DNA from: an uncultured Planctomycetales bacterium
GTDB taxonomy: Bacteria; Omnitrophota; Gorgyraeia; Zapsychrales; JANLHA01
Reading direction: 5' to 3'
Assembly: GCA_964474085.1 (NCBI GenBank)
Contig: CAYYRJ010000006.1
Coordinates: forward strand, 29,514 to 93,513
DNA: 64,000 nucleotides
Shown here: positions 30,557-39,835 of the stretch, in pieces
How positions within the stretch are numbered: position 1 is the stretch's first letter
How the letters are laid out: each line of letters begins with the position of its first letter
Translations under genes and position numbers: made by a program
The notes under the pieces: generated by a model
The model's input: the letters and a program-made list of their open reading frames with translations, nothing else
The model's database searches: none
What the model was told of the DNA's origin: nothing

Positions 30557-30699
30557 ATGGATCCCTGCTTTCGCAGGGATGACATTGCCTTTTTTGTTAT
30601 TCACACGAAAATATTTTGTCATTCCGTGGAAAGTATTTTGTCATTCCCGCGAAAGCGGGAATCCACTTTTCAAATTGCCCCTTCATCTGCCCCAGTCTG
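30557..30699 (-). repeat. MITE/REP-like repeat, copy 2 (inverted orientation; the hairpin-B end abuts the fprA stop codon)
   Basis: GGATCCCTGC-TTTC-GCAGGGATGAC ... GTCATTCCCGC-GAAA-GCGGGAATCC ... CTTTTCAAATTGCCCCTTCATCTGCCCCAGTCTG, the reverse complement of the family head. Confidence 0.85.
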
Positions 30700-30723
30700 T
30701 TGGTGGGTGAGGGAAACGATATT

Positions 30724-32544
30724 CTAATTTATAATGCAGTCCGTATTAAACGGTTTTTCCATTAGCGGCGCTGTTGCCGAAGTGGCTTTCAAATGCGCAA
30801 TAATACCATCCGCCCCAATACGACGGTGAAACTCGCCTAAACCTTCACCGGATTTTGCATTAGCTTTATAAAATTTAAATAGCGTATCAATTACCACAAC
30901 GACATCTTCGCGCGGGATAGAGCGCAGATACAAATCTTCGCCGTTCGAGGCAATTAAAGGCTGTCCCTGAAATTTGGCGGTTTCATCGCCAAACAGTTTA
31001 AACATATAACGGTCTAAGCCGGAACCAACCAAACCGATTGTTTTGGTCGCGGGACGAAAACATTGACGTTCACAGCCTGTTACCCCAATCGATTCGGCCA
31101 TATCGCCCCAGCCGAGTTTTTCTAGTTCGTCAATGAGCTCAGGTTCAAAACGTTCTGAATCGGTGTACGTCAAACGGCACGTGTCGCGCCCGACGCAAGC
31201 GCCGGAGAGAGTGCGAAGTTTGGAATACGCTTTGCCGTTTCGTTCTCCATAATGATATTTTTTTAAATTGGCTTCAAAATCTTTTTTGCTCTCGACGGGA
31301 ATGTTGGTGAACAAAAGGTCCTGATTGGGCGTAACCATAAGTTCAATCGGATATTTGTTCATCAGGTCGCGAATCATGGTTTTAAGTTTACCGTTGGGAC
31401 TGGCGTCCGAAATGCGGCCGGTTTCAATAAAAGCGCCGTAGGTCAAAAGCCCATTGTCAGGCTGTGTGTGCCAGCCAAAATGCAAATGGCGAGGCCCATA
31501 ATCATGATTCGGGTTTGGATCGCCCAGCGGAAAGTCGAGCAATTTTTGAACTTGTTCTCGATACCACGCCATGCCCATTTTTTTGATCACAAATTTTAGA
31601 CGTGCCCAAATCCGGTTTTGCCGGTCGCCCCATTCTTGATGGACTTTAACGATGGCGTCCATGGTTTTTAAAAGTTGGGCTTCGCTGACAATGCACAAAG
31701 GTTGGGCGAGAGTCGCAAGGCTAGGCTTGCCGTTTCTTTCACCTTGACCGCCGCCGACGTAAATTTGAAATTTTGTGACTTGGCCGTTTTCAACAATCGG
31801 GGCGACACCCATATCGTTGGTCAAAAGCTCGACGCAATTATCCGGCAAAAATTTTCCAGTCTTTTCGTCGCGGTAAACAGAGGAAAAACCGATTTTAAAT
31901 TTGCGGTTTAAAATATTTGGGCCATAGGCAAATGATTCCTCTGGCTTTCGCATATAGTTGGGGTCAATGGCAAAAATTTCCATAAACGGGGCCAAGGGAA
32001 GCTGAAAATAATCCGCGATTTTTTGAGACCATTTCGTCGCGTCAAAAATATCCGAGTGATTCCCGAGGGGACAAGCCATGACGTTGCGGGTATTGTCCCC
32101 ACAGCCATTGATACTTTTCATATCGTGCTCGGCTAAAGTCTTGACGATATCGAGCACCCCGGGCTTTTTGACCCAGTGAAACTGAATATTTTGGCGCGTG
32201 GTCAGTCGTAGGGAAGAGACTCCTTGAGGATCGCGAGCATATTTTTCGGAAAGCTCATCAAAAAGTTGCCATTGCTTGCGATTGATCGGCCCGCCGCCGG
32301 GAATACCGACGCGGATCAAGTACATCCAGTCTTTTTCGCTTCCAGTTTGAGCGCGGTTAAATTCCAAATAAATACCGCAGGATTTGGCGAGGGCTTCAGC
32401 TTCCCACGAAAGATCCGGCTTTTCAAAATCGCGAAATTCTTCTTTGAGCGTGCCGCGCAGGCCGTTGGAGGCGAGCTTGTTTTTTTCTTCGGGTGAAAAA
32501 TCTTCTGGCTTGGTATGTAAATTCGGTGTGAATGGTTTTTTCAT
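30724..32544 (-). CDS. sir: Siroheme-dependent sulfite/nitrite reductase hemoprotein (ferredoxin-dependent sulfite reductase likely)
   Basis: Two nitrite/sulfite reductase ferredoxin-like half domains and a siroheme/4Fe-4S Cys cluster region (TGCERQC; ACVGRDTC). It lies divergent from fprA. Confidence 0.7.
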   Translation of the reverse strand: MKKPFTPNLHTKPEDFSPEEKNKLASNGLRGTLKEEFRDFEKPDLSWEAEALAKSCGIYLEFNRAQTGSEKDWMYLIRVGIPGGGPINRKQWQLFDELSEKYARDPQGVSSLRLTTRQNIQFHWVKKPGVLDIVKTLAEHDMKSINGCGDNTRNVMACPLGNHSDIFDATKWSQKIADYFQLPLAPFMEIFAIDPNYMRKPEESFAYGPNILNRKFKIGFSSVYRDEKTGKFLPDNCVELLTNDMGVAPIVENGQVTKFQIYVGGGQGERNGKPSLATLAQPLCIVSEAQLLKTMDAIVKVHQEWGDRQNRIWARLKFVIKKMGMAWYREQVQKLLDFPLGDPNPNHDYGPRHLHFGWHTQPDNGLLTYGAFIETGRISDASPNGKLKTMIRDLMNKYPIELMVTPNQDLLFTNIPVESKKDFEANLKKYHYGERNGKAYSKLRTLSGACVGRDTCRLTYTDSERFEPELIDELEKLGWGDMAESIGVTGCERQCFRPATKTIGLVGSGLDRYMFKLFGDETAKFQGQPLIASNGEDLYLRSIPREDVVVVIDTLFKFYKANAKSGEGLGEFHRRIGADGIIAHLKATSATAPLMEKPFNTDCIIN

Positions 32545-32598
32545 GATTTATTTCTTTCTGTTGGTTAATTTGGCGGTATTATAACGTATCAATGGCGA

Positions 32599-33681
32599 GT
32601 GTCAATTATGAAAACATCTGAAACCTACATTGGCCGCTGGTGGCAAACGGCCGCCGATAGTCGAATTCTCTGCAAACTTTGTCCACGGCATTGCGTATTA
32701 AGTGAAGGCCAGAGGGGATTTTGTTTTGTCCGCCAAAATGTCAGCGGGAAGATGGTTTTGACAACCTATGGCCGCTCGAGCGGTTTTTGTATTGACCCGA
32801 TTGAAAAAAAGCCGCTCAATCATTTTTATCCCGGGACCAGTGTGCTGTCGTTTGGCACAGCCGGTTGTAATCTAGGTTGTAAATTTTGCCAAAACTGGGA
32901 CATCAGCAAATCGCGCGAGTTTGATCGTCTCACGGATCAAGCTAGCCCGTCTCAAATTGCCAGCGCTGCCAAAGCGCATAATTGCACATCCGTCGCCTTT
33001 ACCTATAATGATCCTGTCATTTTTGCCGAATACGCCATCGATGTTGCGCAAGCCTGCCGAGAAAAAGGAATTAAAACGGTTGCAGTGACAGCCGGGTATA
33101 TCACAGATGATGCACGAGCCGAATTTTATCAGCATATGGACGCGGCTAATGTGGATCTTAAAGGCTTTAGCGAAAAGTTTTATGACAAAATCACATCCGG
33201 CCATTTGCAACCGGTTTTAGACACGTTGATTTATTTAAAAAAGGAAACGAGCGTTTGGCTGGAAATCACGACTTTGCTTATTCCCGGCGAGAATGATTCC
33301 GAAAGGGAGATTCACGCGATGTGCGAGTGGGTGGCCACACATTTAGGGTTGGATGTGCCGCTGCATTTTACAGCGTTTCATCCGGACTTTAAAATGCTTG
33401 ATAAGCCCAGCACGCCGCCTAAGACTTTGAAAGCTGCCCGGCAGATTGCGCTCTCGAAGGGTTTGCGCTATGTTTATACGGGAAACATTCACGACCCCGA
33501 CGGCGGAAGTACTTATTGTCACAATTGTAAAAAAGTTTTAATTGAGCGTGACGGTTACGAGTTGGGCGCGTATAATCTGGAAAAAATTAATCATTGCAAA
33601 TTTTGTGGAACAATATGTGCAGGGCATTTTAATAATGCTCCGGGTCATTGGGGCGCAAGGCGGCAACCGGTTGAAGTTTAA
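32599..33681 (+). CDS. Radical SAM enzyme, AmmeMemoRadiSam-system type (PflA-like activase family)
   Basis: N-terminal CKLCPRHC...GFCFVRQN and the radical SAM CNLGCKFCQNW motif. Confidence 0.65.
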   Translation: MSIMKTSETYIGRWWQTAADSRILCKLCPRHCVLSEGQRGFCFVRQNVSGKMVLTTYGRSSGFCIDPIEKKPLNHFYPGTSVLSFGTAGCNLGCKFCQNWDISKSREFDRLTDQASPSQIASAAKAHNCTSVAFTYNDPVIFAEYAIDVAQACREKGIKTVAVTAGYITDDARAEFYQHMDAANVDLKGFSEKFYDKITSGHLQPVLDTLIYLKKETSVWLEITTLLIPGENDSEREIHAMCEWVATHLGLDVPLHFTAFHPDFKMLDKPSTPPKTLKAARQIALSKGLRYVYTGNIHDPDGGSTYCHNCKKVLIERDGYELGAYNLEKINHCKFCGTICAGHFNNAPGHWGARRQPVEV

Positions 33682-33685
33682 ATAT

Positions 33686-33712
33686 ATTTATTGTCATCCT
33701 GAGCGTAGCGAA
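33686..33712. repeat. Short hairpin repeat GTCATCCT-GAGCGTAGCGA-AGGATCC (a variant of the GTCAT...GGATCC hairpin family)
   Basis: It shares the GAGCGTAGCGA core with the large palindrome at 49272-49373. Confidence 0.4.
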
Positions 33713-33744
33713 GGATCCAAACAGATTCTTAGGAGTAAATTTTT

Positions 33745-34509
33745 ATGCGTCTTTTAAGTTGGAATGTTAACGGCATTCGCGCCAGTGAAAAAAAAGGTTT
33801 TCTTGCCTGGCTGGCCAAAGAATCTCCGGAAATTCTCTGCCTTCAAGAAACCAAATGTCATCCTTCGCAGTTAGGCGAAAACTTACTTAAGCCCGACGGG
33901 TACAAAACATTTTGGTCTGCTGCCGAAAAAAGCGGTTACAGCGGGGTTGCGGTTTATTCCAAAAAAGAACCTCTGGTCGTCGAAGACGGCATTGGCGTCA
34001 AAGAATTTGACAGTGAAGGCCGGACACTGATGCTCGAGTATGATGACTTTGTCTTGTTTAATATTTATTTTCCCAATGGCGGTGCGGGCAATAAACGTGT
34101 GCCGTTTAAGATGGCCTTTTATGATGCTTTTTTAAATCGCGTCGAAAAACTTCGCAAAGCGGGTAAAAAAATTATTATTTGCGGCGATGTCAACACCGCG
34201 CACGAAGAAATTGATTTAGCGCGGCCAAAAGAAAATCAGAAAAATACCGGTTTTTTACCTGAGGAACGGGAGTGGGTGACAAAATTTTTGAAACACGGTT
34301 ACGTGGACACGTTCCGGCATTTTAAAAAAGACGGCGGGCATTACAGCTGGTGGGATTATAAGACCGGTGCTAGGGCGCGAAATGTCGGCTGGCGGATTGA
34401 TTATTTTTTTGTCAGCGAAAATTTACTGCCCCAACTTAAGAGTGCGTTTATATTAAGTGAAGTTATGGGCTCTGACCATTGTCCGGTGGGGATTGCAATT
34501 ATTTCGTAG
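33745..34509 (+). CDS. xth: Exodeoxyribonuclease III
   Basis: LSWNVNGIRA N-terminus, QETK, and a C-terminal SDHCPV. Confidence 0.9.
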   Translation: MRLLSWNVNGIRASEKKGFLAWLAKESPEILCLQETKCHPSQLGENLLKPDGYKTFWSAAEKSGYSGVAVYSKKEPLVVEDGIGVKEFDSEGRTLMLEYDDFVLFNIYFPNGGAGNKRVPFKMAFYDAFLNRVEKLRKAGKKIIICGDVNTAHEEIDLARPKENQKNTGFLPEEREWVTKFLKHGYVDTFRHFKKDGGHYSWWDYKTGARARNVGWRIDYFFVSENLLPQLKSAFILSEVMGSDHCPVGIAIIS

Positions 34510-34625
34510 GGGCGTATTGAATACCGTACGGGCACAATATTTATTTCGTAGGGGCGTATTGAATACCGTACGGGCACAATGTTTATTCCGTAGGGGCGTA
34601 TTGCAATACGCCCCTACAACGAATT
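34501..34625 (+). repeat. Tandem repeat: two 42-bp units (TTTCGTAGGGGCGTATTGAATACCGTACGGGCACAATRTTTA) plus a third unit carrying the perfect 28-bp palindrome GTAGGGGCGTATTGCAATACGCCCCTAC (34590-34617)
   Basis: The first unit overlaps the last codons and TAG stop of xth. The palindrome recurs at 37719-37746. Confidence 0.85.
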
Positions 34626-34627
34626 AT

Positions 34628-37600
34628 ATGAAAAAAATTTTAATTATTTTTTTGTTTTTCCTTCTTCTCACCATCCCCGCGTTTGCTAATAATTTGACCA
34701 TCAGCAATGTCACGATCGAAGACCGAAACGCGTCGGCCAACACCATGGTTGTGCAGTTTAATATCAGTTGGGACCACAGCTGGCGAAAGCCGGATGGCCG
34801 GCATGATGCGGCGTGGGTTTTCGTCAAACTCTACCAAAACTCGACCGCTCCGTGGATACACGGCAAGCTTTATACCGCAGGAACAAATCCTGCTGGCACA
34901 TCGCCGGGCACCAATTCAGATTTAAAAATTGTTGTCCCATCGGACAAGATCGGCGCCTTTATTTCAAGAACAGCGACGGGTAATGGGACGTTTTCGTCCC
35001 AAAAGGTGCGGATGGTCGTCGATTACGGCACAAGCGGCTTGGCCGATACCGACACCGTCACCGCCAAAGTTTTTGGCGTTGAAATGACCTATGTTCCCGA
35101 AGGGCCGTTTTATATCGGCGGTGACACACATGACCTCAACGAAACGGTGGGTGTGCTATATCAGGGTGCTGATGCATTTGTTTCTGTTTTTAATTCAGGT
35201 GGGACTTTTCAATGGTCTAGGCGTTTAGGAGGAACAAGTGACGATAGTGGCAACGGCCTTGGGAAGGACAGCAGTAACAATATTATTGTTGTGGGGGCCA
35301 TTATTCGTAACGCGGATTTAAACGGTGATGGAGATACTGCAGATAGCAGTGAAAGCACGGGTGGAGTATATTCGGATAGTGACGCATTTATTTCTGTCTT
35401 TAATTCCGCAGGGACTTTCCAATGGTCAAGGCGAATCGGGGGGACTGGTAGCGATTTTGGCAACGGTATCACTATAAATAGTGCTAACAATCTTTTCGAA
35501 GTGGGACTTGTTAGCGGCAACGCGGACTTAAACGGGGATGGAGATACCTCTGACAGTAATGAAAGTACGGGTGGGGTTTATAGTAGCAACGATGCCTTTA
35601 TTTCAGTATTTAATTCAGCTGGAACCTTTCAATGGTCAGAGCGTTTGGGTGGGACGGGTAGCGATTATGGCAACGCTATCACTACGGACAGTAGCAATCG
35701 TATTATTCTAACGGGTCGAGTCAGTGGCAGCGCTGACTTAAATGGGGACGGCGATACCGCGGATACCAGTGAAAGCACAGGCGGAGTGTATTCAACTAAC
35801 GATGCGTTTATTTCCGTTTTTAATTCGTCTGGCACTTTTCAATGGGCAAAGCGCTTAGGAGGGACGGCGAGCGATAATGGTTATGCTCTGACTACGGATA
35901 GTTTTAATAATGTTGTCTTTTCAGGGTTGGTGAATGGTAATGTGGATTTAAACGGCGATGGAGATACTGCCGATACTAATGAAGCGAGCGGGGGGGTCTA
36001 TTCAGCAAACGATGCGGTTATTTCAGTTTTTAATTCTTCTGGGACTTTTCAGTGGTCAAAGCGTCTTGGGGGGACGACTGCCGATTCTGGTTATGCGCTT
36101 ACTGCAGACAGTGTTAATAAGATTATCGTGGTGGGGCAAGTTTTTGGTAACGCAGATTTAAATGGGGACGGCGATACCGCGGATACTAGTGAAAGCACAG
36201 GCGGGGTGTATTCAACTAGCGATGCGTTTATTTCTGTTTTTAGTTCAGATGGGACTTTTCAATGGGCTAAACGTTTGGGAGGAACAGATACAGATGAGAG
36301 CAACGCAGTCACTACGGACAGTGCCAATAATGTTATTATATCTGGGGATATTACCGGTAACGCAGATTTGAATGGAGATGGCGATACTAACGATACAAAT
36401 GAAACCGGCACATTCGGTGTAAACGATTCATTTGTCTCGGTTTTTAATTCGGCTGGTACTTTTCAATGGTCTAAGAGGTTAGGTGGGACAGGTGCTGATA
36501 TAGGATACGGCATTGTCGCCGATAATAATAATATCATCAGCACAGGATATGTTACTGGTAGTGCAGATTTAAACGGCGATGGGGGGTGGAATCTTAATTA
36601 TGCTTTTTATCAAAGCGGGTATGAAGATGAACCGGTACAAATTACGACGACGGGTAAAGCGATTACGGTCAACACAAATTCTTGTGACGATATTGACAGC
36701 TCACCGGTGACGGTTACCGGATTAGCAGGTGTTACCGGCAATACGTCGTGGCCAAATGGTTATGCGGCTAGTTATATGATGAAGTATGAGCTCACTCAAG
36801 GGCAGTATAAAGATTTTCTTAACAGTTTAACGCGAGCTCAACAGATTAATCGGGTGCAGGCGACGATTTCAGGGAATACAATTACCAATTATTATGTTAT
36901 GGCGGATACCACTTCGGTCACTGGTCGGCAAGGAATTCGTGCACCGGCTTCGGGAAACGGGACAACAGCACCAGTTGTTTTTGGTTGTGATTTAAACGGA
37001 AACGGAACATTTGATGAAAGTGACGACGGGCTTGGGATCGGAATGAATTATATAAATTGGATGGATTATAGCGCTTACGCGGATTGGGCTGGTTTGCGTC
37101 CAATAACCGATTTAGAATACGAAAAATCGTGCCGCGGATCTAATAGCGCAGTGTATGGTGAATACGCGTGGGGGACAACAACCATTACACAAGCGCAAGG
37201 CCCGGGACTTAATTTAGGCCGTGGCAATGAAGTGGCGAGCACTGCAGGCTTGGGGTTAGCTAATTACGACGGAAGTGGAACAGATATGAGCGGTCCTTTT
37301 CGCGTTGGTTTTGCGGCGACGAATGCAACGAATCGTATCAGCGCCGGTGCAGGATATTATGGAGCGATGGAGTTAACCGGAAATGTTGATGAGTTCGCGG
37401 TGCCTTTAGGAAATTCGTCAGCGAGAGCTTTTCAGGGCACTCATGGCGATGGGACATTGACTAGTACGACAACGTATGAAGGCAATGCCACAAATAACGA
37501 TTGGTTGGGAATTAATGCCACAACGGCACGGGGCGTTACCGGAGATGGTGTCGGGTCTGCTCATTCTGCAACTTATCTGGGAGGAAGCTGGAGCGCGGTA

Positions 37601-37711
37601 ACAACGGTATCTTTCGGAAGTGTGACGGGGAGAACTTATTGCATTGGGTTTGGTTTAACGCGGAGATATTCTTCTGCCTCGGGCGGCCGCTTTGCCCGCA
37701 CCGCGCCGTAA
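34628..37711 (+). CDS. Secreted SBBP beta-propeller repeat protein with a C-terminal FGE-sulfatase (SUMF1)-like domain
   Basis: The signal peptide starts at the ATG at 34628 (MKKILIIFLFFLLLTIPAFA). About 8 repeats of about 63 aa follow (DAFISVFNSAGTFQWSKRLGGTGSD ... NADLNGDGDTAD ...), the SBBP repeat pattern. The C-terminal MMKYELTQGQYKDFL and YADWAGLRPITDLEYE blocks are FGE-like; the canonical FGE Cys pair is not evident. Confidence 0.7.
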   Translation: MKKILIIFLFFLLLTIPAFANNLTISNVTIEDRNASANTMVVQFNISWDHSWRKPDGRHDAAWVFVKLYQNSTAPWIHGKLYTAGTNPAGTSPGTNSDLKIVVPSDKIGAFISRTATGNGTFSSQKVRMVVDYGTSGLADTDTVTAKVFGVEMTYVPEGPFYIGGDTHDLNETVGVLYQGADAFVSVFNSGGTFQWSRRLGGTSDDSGNGLGKDSSNNIIVVGAIIRNADLNGDGDTADSSESTGGVYSDSDAFISVFNSAGTFQWSRRIGGTGSDFGNGITINSANNLFEVGLVSGNADLNGDGDTSDSNESTGGVYSSNDAFISVFNSAGTFQWSERLGGTGSDYGNAITTDSSNRIILTGRVSGSADLNGDGDTADTSESTGGVYSTNDAFISVFNSSGTFQWAKRLGGTASDNGYALTTDSFNNVVFSGLVNGNVDLNGDGDTADTNEASGGVYSANDAVISVFNSSGTFQWSKRLGGTTADSGYALTADSVNKIIVVGQVFGNADLNGDGDTADTSESTGGVYSTSDAFISVFSSDGTFQWAKRLGGTDTDESNAVTTDSANNVIISGDITGNADLNGDGDTNDTNETGTFGVNDSFVSVFNSAGTFQWSKRLGGTGADIGYGIVADNNNIISTGYVTGSADLNGDGGWNLNYAFYQSGYEDEPVQITTTGKAITVNTNSCDDIDSSPVTVTGLAGVTGNTSWPNGYAASYMMKYELTQGQYKDFLNSLTRAQQINRVQATISGNTITNYYVMADTTSVTGRQGIRAPASGNGTTAPVVFGCDLNGNGTFDESDDGLGIGMNYINWMDYSAYADWAGLRPITDLEYEKSCRGSNSAVYGEYAWGTTTITQAQGPGLNLGRGNEVASTAGLGLANYDGSGTDMSGPFRVGFAATNATNRISAGAGYYGAMELTGNVDEFAVPLGNSSARAFQGTHGDGTLTSTTTYEGNATNNDWLGINATTARGVTGDGVGSAHSATYLGGSWSAVTTVSFGSVTGRTYCIGFGLTRRYSSASGGRFARTAP

Positions 37712-37714
37712 AAG

Positions 37715-37750
37715 AGATCCGTAGGGGCGTATGGCAATACGCCCCTACAC
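37715..37750 (+). repeat. Palindrome CCGTAGGGGCGTATGGCAATACGCCCCTACA just after the SBBP gene stop (a second copy of the 34590 palindrome; likely terminator or REP)
   Basis: 28 of 29 identical to the upstream copy; a perfect inverted repeat. Confidence 0.8.
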
Positions 37751-37770
37751 AATCCACGATTTATTTCTTT

Positions 37771-38550
37771 ATGGACATTGATTCCTTACCCTATTTTGCC
37801 AAGCAATGCGCTGAGCTTATTAAAAAAGCCAAGCGCATCGTTGTTCTCTCAGGAGCTGGCATTTCGACAAATGCGGGAATCCCAGACTTTCGCGGGCCCC
37901 GCGGACTTTATGTCACCAAACAGTACGATGCGGAAAAAGTTTTTGACATTGATTATTTTGCCCGCGACCCAAAACCTTTTTATGACTTTGCGCGTGACTT
38001 TATCCAACTTGACGAACAGATTTCCCCGACGAGTACGCACAAATTTTTTGCCAAGCTTGAAGCATCCGGCAAAAAGGTTGATATCATAACCCAAAACATT
38101 GATGGTTTGCATCAGCGCGCAGGTTCCAAAAATGTTTATGAACTGCACGGCAGTTTTGAAAAAAGTTTTTGCCGTGACTGTCAAAAAATGTTTTCGTTTC
38201 TCGAGTTAAAAGAAAAAATACAAACGCAGGTTGTGCCGATCTGTGAATGCGGGGGAGTTTTAAAGCCAGCGATTGTTTTCTTCGCAGAAGAAGTTCAATA
38301 TTTCACTGCAGCAGTTGAGCTTGCTAAAGCGTCTGATCTTTTTTTTGTTGTTGGAACAAGTTGCGTGGTTCACCCGGCGGCGCAAATCCCGACCTTTGCA
38401 ACGGGCGATATCGTCGTCGTTAATAAAGGAAAGGTCGATCTTGAGCTTGACACAATAACGCTGCGCGTCAACGCGGACACTGACGAGTTTTTTGAAATGG
38501 TGGGTCAAAAAGTTTGTATTGTTCCTTCTCCCCGTCGGGGAGAAGGTTAG
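37771..38550 (+). CDS. cobB: NAD-dependent protein deacylase, Sir2 family
   Basis: GAGISTNAGIPDFRGP signature, Zn-ribbon Cys pairs (CRDC ... CECGG), and QNIDGLH. The start was chosen at the ATG at 37771; the ORF-track start at 37639 reads through the palindrome. Confidence 0.85.
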   Translation: MDIDSLPYFAKQCAELIKKAKRIVVLSGAGISTNAGIPDFRGPRGLYVTKQYDAEKVFDIDYFARDPKPFYDFARDFIQLDEQISPTSTHKFFAKLEASGKKVDIITQNIDGLHQRAGSKNVYELHGSFEKSFCRDCQKMFSFLELKEKIQTQVVPICECGGVLKPAIVFFAEEVQYFTAAVELAKASDLFFVVGTSCVVHPAAQIPTFATGDIVVVNKGKVDLELDTITLRVNADTDEFFEMVGQKVCIVPSPRRGEG

Positions 38551-38599
38551 GATGAGGGGTTAATAAGAATTAATAAATAAAAATCCCCCTCACCTTAAT

Positions 38600-38623
38600 C
38601 CTCTCCCCCAAAATGGGGAGAGG
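38600..38623 (+). terminator. Hairpin CCTCTCCCC-caaaat-GGGGAGAGG downstream of cobB (terminator-like, no clear U-tract)
   Basis: 9-bp perfect stem. A sister hairpin CCTTCTCCCC-gtc-GGGGAGAAGG lies within the last codons of cobB (38526-38548). Confidence 0.35.
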
Positions 38624-38674
38624 AGGGTTGGTATGGCTTAGACTAAAAACTTTTAAAATCGGCAGGAAGTTTTT

Positions 38675-39781
38675 ATGAAAAAATTTTTACTTACTATTGT
38701 TTTTTGTGGATTTACGCATCTCGCTTTTGCTGATTTTTCGATCGAAAAAATCAAGCTTCCGCCCGGGTTTAAAATCGAAGTTTTTGCCACTGGCCTCGAA
38801 AATCCGCGTTCTCTTGCTATAACGCCAAACGGAACACTTTTTGTCGGCACGCGCACCGGCGGCGGACATCTTTATGCGATCCCTATTATTAAGGAAGGCC
38901 AAAGCCGCAAAGCTGGAAAAGTTACCACGCTCGCCCGAGGGCTTAGGGCGCCCAACGGAGTTGCATTCAAAGATGGCGCGTTGTATGTCGCGGAAATCAA
39001 TCGGATTTTGCGCTTTGACAATATTGAGGATAATTTAGCCAATCCGCTTAAGCCGGTCATTGTCAGTCAAAGTTTTCCGGATGATGTCTGGCACGGCTGG
39101 AAATTTATCCGCTTTGGTCCCGATGGGAAACTCTATGTGCCGGTCGGTGCCCCCTGCAATGTGTGCGAAAAAGAAGATTTGCGTTACGCCTCGATTTTGC
39201 GGATGGACCCCGACGGTAAAAATCTAAAAATTTTTGCCCGCGGGATTCGCAACACTGTCGGATTTGACTGGGACCCGACGACAAAAGAAATGTGGTTTAC
39301 CGACAATGGCCGTGACAATCTCGGGGACAATTATCCACCGGATGAACTCAATCACGCGCCCAAAGCGGGACTGCATTTTGGTTTTCCGTATTGTCATGGC
39401 AAAAATATTCCTGACCCGCAATTAGGCCAACCGGATGCGTGCACAACGCATACGCCGCCGGCGCAGGAATTAGGCCCGCATGTGGCGGCTTTGGGGATGC
39501 GCTTTTATACGGGAGAAATGTTCCCGCCGGAATATCGCAATCAGATTTTTATTGCCGAACATGGGTCGTGGAATCGTGGAGAAAAAATCGGATACCGCAT
39601 TACCTTGGTGCGCATTAAAGACAATGCGGCCGTCAGCTACGAAAATTTTGCCAGCGGTTGGTATGACGGAAAAAATGTTTGGGGAAGGCCGGTTGATCTC
39701 GAAATTCTCGACGACGGATCAATGATTGTTTCGGATGATAATTCAGGGAATCTTTACCGGATTTATTATCAAGCTCAGTAA
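38675..39781 (+). CDS. Secreted PQQ-dependent soluble glucose/sorbosone dehydrogenase family beta-propeller protein
   Basis: Signal peptide plus GSDH-family blocks (DGKLYVPVGAPCNVCE, FGFPYCHG). Confidence 0.7.
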   Translation: MKKFLLTIVFCGFTHLAFADFSIEKIKLPPGFKIEVFATGLENPRSLAITPNGTLFVGTRTGGGHLYAIPIIKEGQSRKAGKVTTLARGLRAPNGVAFKDGALYVAEINRILRFDNIEDNLANPLKPVIVSQSFPDDVWHGWKFIRFGPDGKLYVPVGAPCNVCEKEDLRYASILRMDPDGKNLKIFARGIRNTVGFDWDPTTKEMWFTDNGRDNLGDNYPPDELNHAPKAGLHFGFPYCHGKNIPDPQLGQPDACTTHTPPAQELGPHVAALGMRFYTGEMFPPEYRNQIFIAEHGSWNRGEKIGYRITLVRIKDNAAVSYENFASGWYDGKNVWGRPVDLEILDDGSMIVSDDNSGNLYRIYYQAQ

Positions 39782-39835
39782 ATTTAAAAATATTTCTTTA
39801 CAAGCGCCCTAAGGGCTGTGGTATACTCGCAACCT

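Noticed and set aside
34501-34625. Tandem repeats downstream of xth as a possible CRISPR array
   Set aside because: Only 2.7 units, directly abutting with no spacers, and no cas genes in the window.
34457-34627. N-terminal extensions of the SBBP gene (ORF track 34457) and of cobB (ORF track 37639)
   Set aside because: Both extensions read through copies of the 28-bp palindrome and tandem repeats (peptides RRGVLNTVRAQ and RRGVWQYAPT). Genuine starts with a signal peptide or a conserved Sir2 N-terminus lie downstream at 34628 and 37771.
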